Source: Macrostomum lignano (lineage: Eukaryota). From it: 64,000 nucleotides of DNA. The notes below the pieces were generated by a model, which saw only the letters and a program-made list of their open reading frames with translations, was not told the origin of the DNA and did not search any database. Positions 1-11,302 of this stretch are shown here, in pieces. The translations under genes were made by a program, and so were the position numbers. Every line of letters begins with the position of its first letter. Position 1 is the stretch's first letter. The stretch covers positions 62,001 through 126,000 of the forward strand of contig NIVC01001189.1 in the NCBI GenBank assembly GCA_002269645.1. Direction: 5' to 3'.

Positions 1-310
1 CTAAATCCAATGCTTTATTTACGCTTTCAATATGCTGCATTGCTGAACTAACACCATTTATGTACTCCTGGCCGTTTAAATTTGCCTGCAGACCTGTTAC
101 ATGTGACTAAGACAATATACCATATATACTTTGGTTTACTTGTGCTTCTACGAATAATGTGCGGATTTGAGTTCAATAGATTTGCCTATTTCACATTGAT
201 TTACTTTATTGAAGCACCTTCAATAGGCTAAATGTCTACTAAAAAGTAGTAACAAGGGTACTAAAATGGATTTTTTGTTTGTTTAGCATCATTGCAATGT
301 GCATTTATAG

Positions 311-822
311 CACTCCATAAGCCAGCACTCTTTAAACCGAGATTAGCACTTTTTAAACAGAGATTGGCACTCTTTAAACTGAGGTTAGCACTCCATAAAC
401 CAAGATAGCACTCTACTAACCGAGATTAGCACTCTACTAACCGAGATTAGCACTCTTAAAACCGAGATTAGCAGTCTTTAAACCGAGATTAGCACTCCAT
501 AAACCGAGATAGCACTCTACTAACCGAGATTAGCACTCCATAAACCTAGATAGCACTCTACTAACCGAGATTAGCACTCCATAAACCTAGATAGCACTCT
601 ACTAACCGAGATTAGCACTCCATAAACCGAGATAGCACTCTACTAACCGAGATTAGCACTCAACTAACCGAGATTAGCACTCTTAAAAAAGAGATTAGCA
701 CTTTATTTAAACCGAGCTTAGCACTCTATAAACCCAGATTAGCACTATAAACCGAGATTAGCACTCTATAAACCGATGTTTCTATTAACCGATGTTAGCA
801 CTCTATAAACCGAGATTAGCAG
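311..822. repeat. Minisatellite, ~20-21 bp unit (AACCGAGATTAGCACTCTACT-like)
   Basis: Degenerate tandem copies read directly from the sequence. Confidence 0.9.
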
Positions 823-1659
823 TCCATGAGCCGTTGTTAACGCTACGAGTGGATGGTACACAACAAGCTATGAAGACAAAGAATTGAAACCTTTTTGACG
901 AGTTCCAATTGTATCTTTAACTCGCCAGCAGACACAGCAGAAGTTTTGACACGTGTGTTGATAAAAAACATTGTCTTAATTATATAGTTTTTATTTTAGA
1001 TGAATACGAGCGCAAATACCTGGGCGGGAGTTGTTAAGAATACTATCAAAAATTCAGCTGCAGTGTAGAAGCTGAGAGTTGCCAGCCTGCACCTTGCACA
1101 CCAATAGAAAACAGCATGCTTAGAGAAAATCTATTGAAACAAAGGAAATTCTGAAATCGCTAGGAAAGAGAGAATCAACAGTGACAAAGGAATAAAGTTA
1201 AATACATTCGAGCGGCAGAACTGAATTTGATAGAGAAAAGCCCTGTCAAACCAGACTCCTTAATACTCGTACAATCGCAAAATGTAAGTCGTAAAAACCG
1301 CCGAGCCAACGGCCGTCTGAGCGGTGCCTGCCATGGTCGGGGCGTGAAAAATGAGAGAAAATTTAAATCGCAAGAGTGCACAAATAGTAAAATAGTTTTA
1401 ATTTTTTAAGTGTGAAACGCAGTAAAAATACAAAAAGCAGCAAAGTAATTCCGATTTGTAAGGATAGAAAAAGTAATAAGAAGGACGTAAAGGGAATTTG
1501 TTGTACTGAGGCAGCAGCAGTTGCCGTCAGAGTGTGGGCAAATGTTTTTGACAATGTTTTTACAGGCGCCATATTGGTTTTGTGTTTTGCTTTGTTACTG
1601 AGCAGTCACAACTTCCCCGCAAAACAGCAAGCAAATTTTCATTCGAATATCAGATCCAC

Positions 1660-2160
1660 ATTTCAATCCCAGATCCCCATTTCACTCACTCTCGGATCTC
1701 CGATCCCCATTTCAATCTCAAATCCCCATCTGCATCCCAGATCCCCATCTGCATCCCAGATCCCCATCTGCATCTCAGATCCTCATCTGCATCTCAGATC
1801 CCCATCTGCATCCCAGATCCCCATCTGAATCTCAGATCCCCATTTATAATCTCAAATCTCCATCTGCATCCCAGATCCCCATCTGCATCCCAGATCCCCA
1901 TCTGCATCTCAGATCCTCATCTGCATCTCAGATCCCCATCTGCATCCCAGATCCCCATCTGCATCTTAGATCCCCATCTGCATCTCAGATCCCCATCTGC
2001 ATCTCAGATCCCCATCTGAATCTCAGATCCCCACCTGCATCTCAGATCCCCACCCGCATCTCAGATCCCCACCCGCATCTCAGATCCCCACCCGCATCTC
2101 AGATCCCCACCTGCATCTCAGATCCCCACCTGCATCTCAGATCCCCATCTGCATCTCAGA
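1660..2160. repeat. Minisatellite, 19 bp unit (CATCTGCATCTCAGATCCC)
   Basis: Tandem copies visible. The overlapping ORFs 1412/1582 are translations of the repeat. Confidence 0.92.
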
Positions 2161-2564
2161 TAGGTACATGTAACCCCTGAAAATCGGCTGCTTATTCGAT
2201 GTTTCTAAAGAAAGAGTGCATACTAAAAAACAGTGAATATACAGTACTGTAATAAAATCATAGCACAAGTTAGGAAATAGTCTGCATGCTTGAAACATGC
2301 TGCACTAGTGTGCGTGAGTAGAGAGTGTAGCACACGGGGAATATTTAAATCGTAATTTCAGAGTTACTTCAAACATAAACGGACTTAAACGAGCAGGCAA
2401 AAAATGACTCATGTATTTTCTGCATTCGCTCAATTTTAGCAGAGCCTGGATAGGTCATCAAAGTGCCAGCGCTCTTTTGTTGCTTCGGTTCTCGATGGAC
2501 TTTACGAGTAATTTAATCTGAAGAGTATATGTAGAGTTTCGCTGCATATAATGACTAAATTTTC

Positions 2565-3110
2565 CACAGCAACCTTGGAATCCCCTTAGCAACGATTGAA
2601 ACACCCTAGCAACGGTTGGAACCAAGGGGGCCGTAGCCCAGCGGTAGCGCAGCTGCTCTGGTGTGCCAGCGACCCAGGCTCGATTCCAAGTGCAGTCACA
2701 TTAATTTGGGGCTGAATTGGAATCTCGGCTTGGCTCTGCTCGTGCAATTAACGGCCTTGAGAGCCTACCCCCCCCCCAAGGCGCAGTGAATATGTACATG
2801 CCTAACGATAAATAAAGTTAGGGCCGCTGTACACTCCTGTGTGAGTGTGTGTCTGCATACGTATCCGCGCGCTTGTATGCCTGCTCAGGGAAGTCGGCGG
2901 AATGGGCAGTAATGCCTCTCGCCGGTTGTGTGCCAATGTCGCTTAAAGTGCGCCAGGGTGCAAACAACCCCCTGCCTCTAATAAAAAAACGGTTGGAACC
3001 AGATAGAAACGATTGAAGTTCCCTTAGCAACCGTTGGAAGTACCTAGCAACGAACGGAACACCCTAGCAACGATTGGAATTCCCTAGCAACGGTATTCCC
3101 TAACAATGAA
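2565..3110. repeat. Degenerate ~20 bp array of CCCTAGCAAC motifs, interrupted by a SINE
   Basis: TAGCAAC recurs at ~2586, 2606, 3025, 3045, 3066 and 3085, on both sides of the SINE. Confidence 0.75.
2625..2987 (+). mobile_element. tRNA-derived SINE family A, copy 1, with target-site duplication
   Basis: A-box-like GTAGCCCAGCGGTAGCGC, B-box-like GGCTCGATTCC and an AATAAAAAAA tail. Flanking direct repeat AACGGTTGGAACCA at 2611-2624 and 2988-3001. Homologous copies at 5481 and 21270. Confidence 0.88.
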
Positions 3111-3157
3111 GAGTATCCTTTGCTTAAAAGGATAAATTGCTATCATTCAGCAGCACT

Positions 3158-6100
3158 CTATACTACTGAATTAAGTAGATCAAGCTCACCTCCGAGACCA
3201 AACAACGCCCTGGTGTCGAATACGAGCGCCAAGTCCAGCAGCAGTTTCTGCAGCGGGGCGGACTCGGCCAGTTCCTGCTCAGGCAGCGGCGGGCGGCAGG
3301 CCGGGTAGAAGCTGGGCCCCCGGAACGCTCGATGAAGGCGCAGCGTGGTGGAGCAGAACAGGTAGCGAAGGAGCAGCAGGCGGAGGAAGTCGTCCCGGTA
3401 AAACTGCAGGTAGGCGACGTCTGAGAGGGGGGATTTCGGTTCGATCTGCATTTTTGAGGCCTTTGTGTTCTCTGAGATTGTGCGACCAACTGAGACGAGC
3501 ATTGACGACTCATCGACATCAGTTTCACTAAGATACTTTGTCGAGAAATTTAACCGGCCAATTTAGAAACTTTAATTGGAAAACTGCCCAAAAAACGGAG
3601 AATCGCCCCACTCAGACATCCCATCAGGAGAATCGCCCCACTCAGACATCCCATCAGGAGAATCGCCCCACTCAGAGATCCCATCAGGAGAATTTCCACA
3701 CTCAGCGATCCCATCAGGAGAATTTCCACACTCAGCGATCCCATCAAGAGAATCGCCAAACTCAGACATCCCATCAGGAGAATCGCCACACTCAGAGATC
3801 CCATCAAGAGAATCGCCAAACTCAGACATCCCATCAGGAGAATCGCCACACTCAGACATCCCATCAGGAGAATCGCCACACTCAGACATCCCATCAGGAG
3901 AATCGCCACACTCAGACATCCCATCAGGAGAATCGCCACACTCAGACATCCCATCAGGAGTGCCTCACCGATCTGCCTGAAGCGAGCCAGCTGCCTGCCC
4001 GCCTCCAGCAGGAACTTGTCCAGGATGAGCTGGGCCCTGTCCCAGTCCATCACTACTGCGGTTGACACGTTGCAAACAGCGCAGAAGGCGGTTAGCGGGG
4101 AGTGCAGGAACAGAGTGAACAGGCTGCCTCTCTGGCGCTGGTCTGCAGGGCGAGGCCGGGGAGGGGTGGCGGATCAACAATAAGGCTTGTGTTTGCACTG
4201 AAAAACAGCTCAATAAAACTTCATCTATATATTATTTTTGAAAATTAAGGGCCACTCGTATATTCAAAAACATTTCCAAACCAGCTAAAATACTTAGATC
4301 GATACGTGTCTATTTAAATAGACCTCTATATAAGGAGACTGGTCCAGATAGACATCATGATAAGGAAACTGGTCCAGATAGACATCATGATAAGGAAACT
4401 GGTCCAGATAGACATCATGATAAGGAAACTGGTCCAGATAGACCGACATCTAGATAGAGAAACTGGTCCAGATAGACCGACATCTAGATAAGGAAACTGG
4501 TCCAGATAGACATCATGATAAGGAAACTGGTCCAGATGGACATCTAGATAAGGAAACTGGTCCAGATAGACATCTAGATAGAGAAACTGGTCCAGATAGA
4601 CATCTAGATAGAGAAACTAGTCCAGATGGACATCTAGATAAGGAAACTGGTCCAGATGGACATCTAGATAGAGAAACTAGTCCAGATGGACATCTAGATA
4701 AGGAAACTGGTCCAGATGGACATCTAGATAAGGAAACTGGTCCAGATGGACATCTAGATAAGGAAACTGGTCCAGATGGACATCTAGATAAGGAAACTGG
4801 TCCAGATGGACATCTAGATAAGGAAACTGGTCCAGCTTCTTCTAAAAAGCAAGACTTCACCTGCAAAATTGGCGGGCGCCTCCTCTGGCGACATCAGGCA
4901 GACAAGCGGCTGGCCAAATAGATTAGGAAAATTCTGGAAAAAATGAAATATTAAATATGCATGAAATCATTGATTACGAATAGTAGACAGTAGTAATTCA
5001 GGTCAAGTGTGAGTGCCTCACGTGGAAAGCGAAGCTGTTGTCGGAGTCAATCACTAGGAACAGCGGCTTCCTCGTGTACGGATAGATGTCGCCTGGGTAG
5101 ATGCTGCAATAGGCCGGACACTGGGATGGTCAGTTGGCGATCGCTCAATGCCTCATCATTTCAAACCCGGAATCGAAACCGGGTCTTTTTGGATTGCAAT
5201 ACGTTTATTTCTAGTGCACAGAGGTTCGATTCCGGGCACGAAAATTTGCGATGAGATGCCCATGAGACGATGAGAAACTGAGTGCGTGCTCAGGGGTCAG
5301 AGAAGTGAGCACGCCTGGCTTGACTCCTCCTGACTACAAATAAAACAAAAATTTACAACCAAATTTCGAAAGCATCACCAATCTTACAGACAACCCGTAT
5401 TTCATACTCGTAAACTCGTATAAATTCGACTAGTTGCTTCCCAGTTAGATTCACGATAATAATTTTACTGGTAGAAAGTTTGTAGCCCAGTGGTCTGGCG
5501 CGGCGCTCTGATGTGCCAGCGGCCCAGGCTCGATTCCAAGTGCAGTCGCATTAATTTTGGGCTAAATTGGAATCTCGGTTTGGCTCTGCTCGTGCAATTA
5601 ACGGCCTTAAGAGCCAACCCCCAAGGCACAGTGAAGTGTACATGCCTAACGATAAATAAAGTTAGGGCCGTTGTACACTCCTGTGTGAGTGTGTGCCTGT
5701 GCGTATGACTGCGTACGTATCCGCGCGCTTGTGTTGCCTGCTCAGAGGAGTCGGCGGAATGGGCAGCAATGCCTCTCGCCGGCTGTGTGATTCGCGCACT
5801 CGGGACCTAGACATTTAAGTACTCAAAACCAAGTATTGAGTAGTATTGTAACACGGTTATACGAGTATATATTTCTCTTGCATTAAATGACTCCAGCCAA
5901 TACGCGATCACGAGCCATTTAAGCATGCTTTTAGCGTTTAATGCACGCTTTTCGACATTGCAATCGTGTTACAATTTTTTATTACGCTCGTGTTGTAGTT
6001 AAATAAAATCATAGCAATATGCCTGCTCTTATCAGTTGGAAAAATCTACCAGTGGAGTCGCTAATAATAATAATAATACTTTACACCTGCCCTGATGGCC

Positions 6101-9100
6101 AGATGTGCAACCGACAGCTCAGCCGCAGCAATTGCGCGGCGCATCTGAAGGCGTACGGCTGTTCAGTCCAAGGACTGGGGGGGGGGTCGCCACACACACT
6201 CTCAGTAGCTGGGTGAACTGAAGCAATGCAGAGTGAAGTGTCTTGCTCAAAGACACAAGTTATTCCAGTGGGATTGGGAATCGAACCCCCGACCTTCAAG
6301 TCGGTGAGTCCGGGCTGTAACCACTAGGCTACATACAACCCCCTAGGAACTTTTTCTATTAAAAGTTCTTTGTAAATATCTTTACAATGACGAGTCGTGA
6401 AGACAATTGACACGTGAATTTCAATGAAACTTGGCCCAGCAGACACTAAGAACTGTCACAGAGTGCCGACTTCTCTCTCTCCAATCGGCCCCCAGGCTGA
6501 CAGCCCGACCAAGAGGGGGAGAAACACAAACAGAATGAAAAAAAGCGTCGGATTTGCTTTCGACAAAATCGCCCACTGCTGCCGCTTCCGCAGCCTTTCC
6601 GAGGGGGGGGGCAGGCATGCATAATACATCGTATGCACTTTAGCCTGCAGCTGGTCCGCTGCTTTAGTTGTGGAAAGCGAGTGATCGAACGAGCGAGTCT
6701 GCGGCTGAGTCCGCCAGGGAATATGTCGCCCGGTTTCAGTTTCTAGGGCGTCACAGCCACCCCCCCCCCCTACACACTCGCTACATTCTTGGGGTGGAAG
6801 TGCTCAGCTGAGGCGTTGAAGGGGCATCGCTCCCTAGCCTCTCGATCCCCACCGCAACCCATCTGTCAGGCATTTAATGGGGCAAATACCGTCTGAATTG
6901 GATGGAGATAGGCATAGACACTATACATTGCCATTAACGCACTTTTTTTCTTAACTAGTTGGAATTTCCTAAGGAAGTCCAGCAGCCTTTATTTCCTTAG
7001 TTCCCTTAATTTAGTAGTCTTCTTGCAATAAATAGCTCAGGATGAGAGTCAGTATCAGAGGCGGATTTAGAACAGGAGAGGGCACCATACTGAGCAAATG
7101 GAGGGCGATGGAAGTCCTGCGTACACTATATATTGATAATATTTGGGACTGCCAGCCCAAAGGAAAAGGGGCGCCATTATCGCCAGCCACAATGGGATGA
7201 TCGCTTGACCAAACTCCCAGTCACAGATACACTGGCTAACAATAAGAAAGTCGGAGCCGCTGTGCACCGTGTGAGCATGTGCTCAGAGGTCAGCGGAATG
7301 AGCACAACTGCTTGCGCTCAACTCACCAGTGCGGGCTCTTCAGCCCAGCTAGCGGCGGCTTCCTGAGCCGCCCGGATGCTGTCTCCGTCTCCGCTGTCTC
7401 GCGCCGACTGTTGGTGACGACGCCGCCGTCTTCGTAGCCCTCTGCGGCATGGGAAATGATCAGGACAGGTGTGCTACTTATCGCTTGGTAGATAGGGACG
7501 ATTACACAAGCTCGACGCGTCAAGCTCTAAGTTCGAATTCGACAGGCAAGAATTTTCGTCGGTGGCTCGTATGAAGTTTCGAGCTTGTGAATATTCGAGC
7601 CTGTGAATATTCGAGCCTGCGAATATTCGACCTTGTGAATATTCGAGCCTGTGAATGTTCGAGTTTGTGAATATTCGAGCCTGTGAATATTCGAGCCTGT
7701 GAATATTCGAGCCTGTGAATATTCGACCTTGTGAATATTCGAGCCTGTGAATGTTCGAGTTTGTGAATATTCGAGCCTGTGAATATTCGAGCCTGTGAAT
7801 ATTCGAGTTTGTGAATATTCGACCCTGTGAATATTCGAGTTTGTAAATATTCGAGCCTGTGAATATTCGAGCCTGTGAATATTCGAGCCTGTGAATATTC
7901 GAGCCTGTGAATATTCGAGTTTGTAAAAATTCCAGCCTGTGAATATTCGAGCCTGTGAATATTCGAGCCTGTAAAACGCCCTGCTAAATATAAACTCCCT
8001 GTGACTGGGCCATGCAGACTGCTGATATTGGGGAGAAAAATGCCACTTGAGAAAACGGAAACTGGGGGGGGGGGCGAAGTGACAGTAGGTAAGTAATTTC
8101 AGCGGCTTAAAAAACCAGTTTGACGAAATTTGAACGCCTTTTTGCTTTCGTCGATGATTTTTAATGATTTAGATTGATTTTTTGCCATTCAAATGTAGGG
8201 CTAGACTGTGCCTGGTCTAAAGGAGCGCTAGGCTATACTATGCTTTTTATTCCCATGCTTCAATGCAAAAACCCATGGAACTCACGATCGCCTCCGTTCG
8301 GGCTGGGCTGGCAGCGCTCCCCGTCAGCGCTGATGTACAGCAGCAGGACACCGTCCGCCGGCAGCTCCTTGAAGCTGGAAGCCAGGAACATGGTCATCTG
8401 GGCGGTGCCGGGCTTGTACAGCAGGTACTTGTGCGGGTTGTCCCGCCTGCTGCCGTTCTCCATCGGCTGCTGCTGCTGCGGCCGCCTGCTCACTGGGCTG
8501 GCCTCGCACGAGACCGAGCCCGCCACGCTGCTCGCCCCGCCGCCGAGGCGCAGGCCGAGCCCGAGGCCCGCGCCGACGCCAGCCGCGCCGAGCTCCTGAG
8601 GCTCCAGTTCGAGCGTCTGCAGCATCCGGAACATGTCCAGCGTCAGCTCGCTGAACTTCACCTGCGAGATGGCGGGGATGATCAACCGGTTGTGAACTGG
8701 ATCCCACCAGCTCACCACAAACTCAATCAGATACCTAAGGTCTACCCAATCTTAATCGGGTACCAATAAGAAACCCCAACCAGAAAGTGACCTGAACCTC
8801 AGTCACATACCCGAAAGTGACCTGAACCTCAGTCACATACCCGAAAGTGACCTGAACCTCAGTCGCATACCCGAAAGAGACCTGAACCTCAGTCACATAC
8901 CCGAAAGTGACCTGAACCTCAGTCACATACCCGAAAGGGACCTGAACCTCAGTCACATACCCAAAAGTGACCTGAACCTCAGTCGCATACCCAAAAGTGA
9001 CCTGAACCTCAGTCGCATACCCGAAAGTGACCTGAACTTCAGTCACATACCCAAAAGTGACCGCAACCTCAGCCCGACACCAATACCAGTGGCCGCACAC

Positions 9101-11302
9101 ATTCGCACCTGATCAGCGCAATTGCCAACAATGAGTATCTCGGCCAGGTGCAGCGGGCTGGCGCCGGAGAGGCTCCGCTCGGTGGGCGGGCAGGTGGCCG
9201 GGCCCAGCCGGTGGGTGAGCACTACAGGCGATGAGTCGTGCTCAACCACTTGCACGGCGCTATCAGCGTCCATGAAAGCTTTGATCTCCTGCAGTACCAT
9301 GGACCACTCGAGCGCGTCGGCTGGCTGGTAGATGCCCGTGTAGTCGTCAATTAGTTTCGCTAGCTCGCGAATGAGATCGCGGACTAGCTTCATCTTTTTG
9401 AGCAGCAGGCAGACTATAACAAATCTGGCATAGTAGCGCAGCTTCTTCACCATCAGATCCGGCCTGCAGATTAGGGAAATCCAATTCAATTTTGCGTCGC
9501 TCAACAAGCGGGGAACTTCCTAAAGGAAAGTTGTAAAAAACAGGCCTAATTTCCATGGGTTAAAGACAGAATAGTGCAAAACCAAGTTCAGGTTGCGGAA
9601 GCACTGAGCCGCCAACTCGCGAGCCATTGGAGCCTAACTTTCGGGTATGCGACTGAGGTTCAGGTCACTTTCGGGTATGTGACTGAGGTTCAGGTCACTT
9701 TTGGGTATGTGACTGAGGTTCAGGTCACTTTTGGGTATGTAGCAGAGGTTCAGGTCACCATTGGGTATGTGACTGAGGTTCAGGTCACTTTTGGGTATGT
9801 GATTGAGGTTCAGGTCACTTTTGGGTATGTGACTGAGGTTCAGGTCACTTTTGGGTATGTGACTGAGGTTCAGGTCACTTTTGGGTATGTGACTGAGGTT
9901 CAGGTCACTTTTGGGTATGTAGCAGAGGTTCAGGTCACTTTTGGGTATGCGACTGAGGTTCGGATAACCTCAACCTGTAAACCTAACCCTAACCTAAAAC
10001 CATAACCATAACCCTAACCTAACTCGTCGGCAGTAAACTTTCATGTTTTGATCCTTATTGCCTGCCTCCGCAACCCTCAGCTTCATGAGATATCCCTACC
10101 TCTCTTCCTTGTTAGCCTTGGAATAGTAGGCTCGCATTCTTATTGCTGAGTAGAAAGCAAAAGACTCATTCAAATAGTTGGTCTCGCTGGTGCGCAGGTA
10201 GTAGTGATAGTAGAGCTGCCCAATCTTGGACGCGATCTCTCCGATCTGCCAGCGCTTCAGGCCGTAGGCACCGTCCAGCAGCTCCCTGTGTTGCTGCTGG
10301 AATTTCCACAGCTTCGTGTAGACGTCGAAAGCCCGGCCAAAGTACGACTGCCATTGCTTATGTCCGTATTGGGGCAGGTCTCTGGTTTGGTTAAACAGTA
10401 TGGCCATAAGTACTATATAATAATTAGTTATATACCACAGATAAAGAAAAAAGATGAAAATTTAGTACAGGAAATAATAGTAGAAATTGAAAGTTATAAA
10501 AACGCCTTAAAAACAACGAGTAACTATGTACTTTTATGTACTTTTATTAGCATAGAAATCATTTAATATGCATAAGCTTTGAGCTAAAAGTTCAAGACAT
10601 CTACCAAATCAAGTAAGATTTTAGATACTTGAAATAGTACTGCTTTGATTATTTATAGTTTAACTATAGTTGCTCAACTTAATTTTTTCAACTTTTTGAT
10701 AACTCTTCATGTTTGTTTTCCAGAAACAAAATATAAAAAATGAAGAAGGTTGCGGTTTAACAAGCTGAATAATGTGGAGAGAAAATATTTATGGAGATTA
10801 AAGACTAATAAGCATGGAAAATTTGCATTCAAAAGCACTAATTTGGATAAAACTTACTGAAAAAAATTGCCTACAATTCTTCAATTCACAAGCCCTAACA
10901 AATTATAAAGTAAATAGTTCAAATGATTTAATTCGAAATTATTGGTTTTGAAAAAATTAAATAACTTTAAAATATGTAGTAAGTTATTTAATCAACAATT
11001 TCATTTTTATTTGTTTTAATAATAACTTGATAAATAGTTTTAAAGATATTTAAAAATTAGAAAAACACAATTTCTCAATAACATAAATTAGAATTAAAAA
11101 ATCACACTAGATTAAATATCATGAAGTAGGTGAAAGGAAAGAAAGGTGAAAAGTGGAAAGAAAGAGTTCCTTTAACTAATAGAAAAACCTACCGAAGTCC
11201 ATTAAATAATTGTTTCGATTTTTCGAGCAAGTGACAAAATTCGTATACGATACTCTGTGCACTTGGGTCTAAAACACCATTTTGCTTAGTTTCAGCTGAC
11301 AT
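3158..11302 (-). CDS. SCAI: Protein SCAI (suppressor of cancer cell invasion) homolog, ~609 aa, 9 exons
   Basis: Exons 11302-11193, 10381-10100, 9463-9109, 8661-8286, 7441-7327, 5103-5022, 4933-4861, 4142-3969, 3420-3158; all GT-AG and phase-consistent (1830 nt). Motifs EFCHLLEKSKQLFNGLRDLPQYG, LKRWQIGEIASKIGQLYYHYYLRTSE, NPHKYLLYKP and PGDIYPYTRKPLF match SCAI as I recall it. Confidence 0.95.
3595..3960. repeat. Intronic minisatellite, 30 bp unit (GAGAATCGCCACACTCAGACATCCCATCAG), ~12 copies
   Basis: Tandem array in the last SCAI intron, starting a few bp from the donor. Confidence 0.95.
4330..4833. repeat. Intronic minisatellite, ~30 bp unit (ATAAGGAAACTGGTCCAGATGGACATCTAG)
   Basis: Tandem array in SCAI intron 4143-4860. 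Confidence 0.95.
5481..5790 (+). mobile_element. tRNA-derived SINE family A, copy 2
   Basis: High similarity to 2625-2950 over ~300 bp (GGCTCGATTCCAAGTGCAGTC ... GTCGGCGGAATGGGCAG). Confidence 0.88.
6062..6342 (-). mobile_element. tRNA-derived CORE-type SINE family B, copy 1
   Basis: On - strand: GTAGCCTAGTGGTTA (A box), GGTTCGATTCCC (B box), TGTGTCTTTGAGCAAGACACTT (CORE-like) and a (TAT)n tail. Homologous to the copy at 26913. Confidence 0.85.
7575..7972. repeat. Intronic minisatellite, 16 bp unit (GTGAATATTCGAGCCT)
   Basis: Tandem array in SCAI intron 7442-8285. Confidence 0.95.
8780..9075 (+). repeat. 30 bp minisatellite (CCGAAAGTGACCTGAACCTCAGTCACATAC), ~10 copies; left arm of an inverted pair
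   Basis: Reverse complement of the array at 9637-9962. Confidence 0.95.
9637..9962 (-). repeat. 30 bp minisatellite (TTTTGGGTATGTGACTGAGGTTCAGGTCAC), ~11 copies; right arm of an inverted pair
   Basis: Reverse complement of the array at 8780-9075. Confidence 0.95.

Noticed and set aside
826-1037. Possible terminal exons of an off-window gene (TTTTAG|ATGAATACGAG...TAA), with an in-frame TGA that might be selenocysteine
   Set aside because: No recognisable homology, a very short implied intron and no SECIS identified; not supportable.
3538-4068. Four overlapping repetitive ORFs
   Set aside because: Produced by the 30-bp intronic minisatellite. Only 4142-3969 is coding (SCAI).
10096-10407. ORF-track start MAILFNQ as the SCAI N-terminus
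   Set aside because: A better conserved upstream exon (11302-11193, ...KSKQLFNGLR) splices in phase to the acceptor at 10381.
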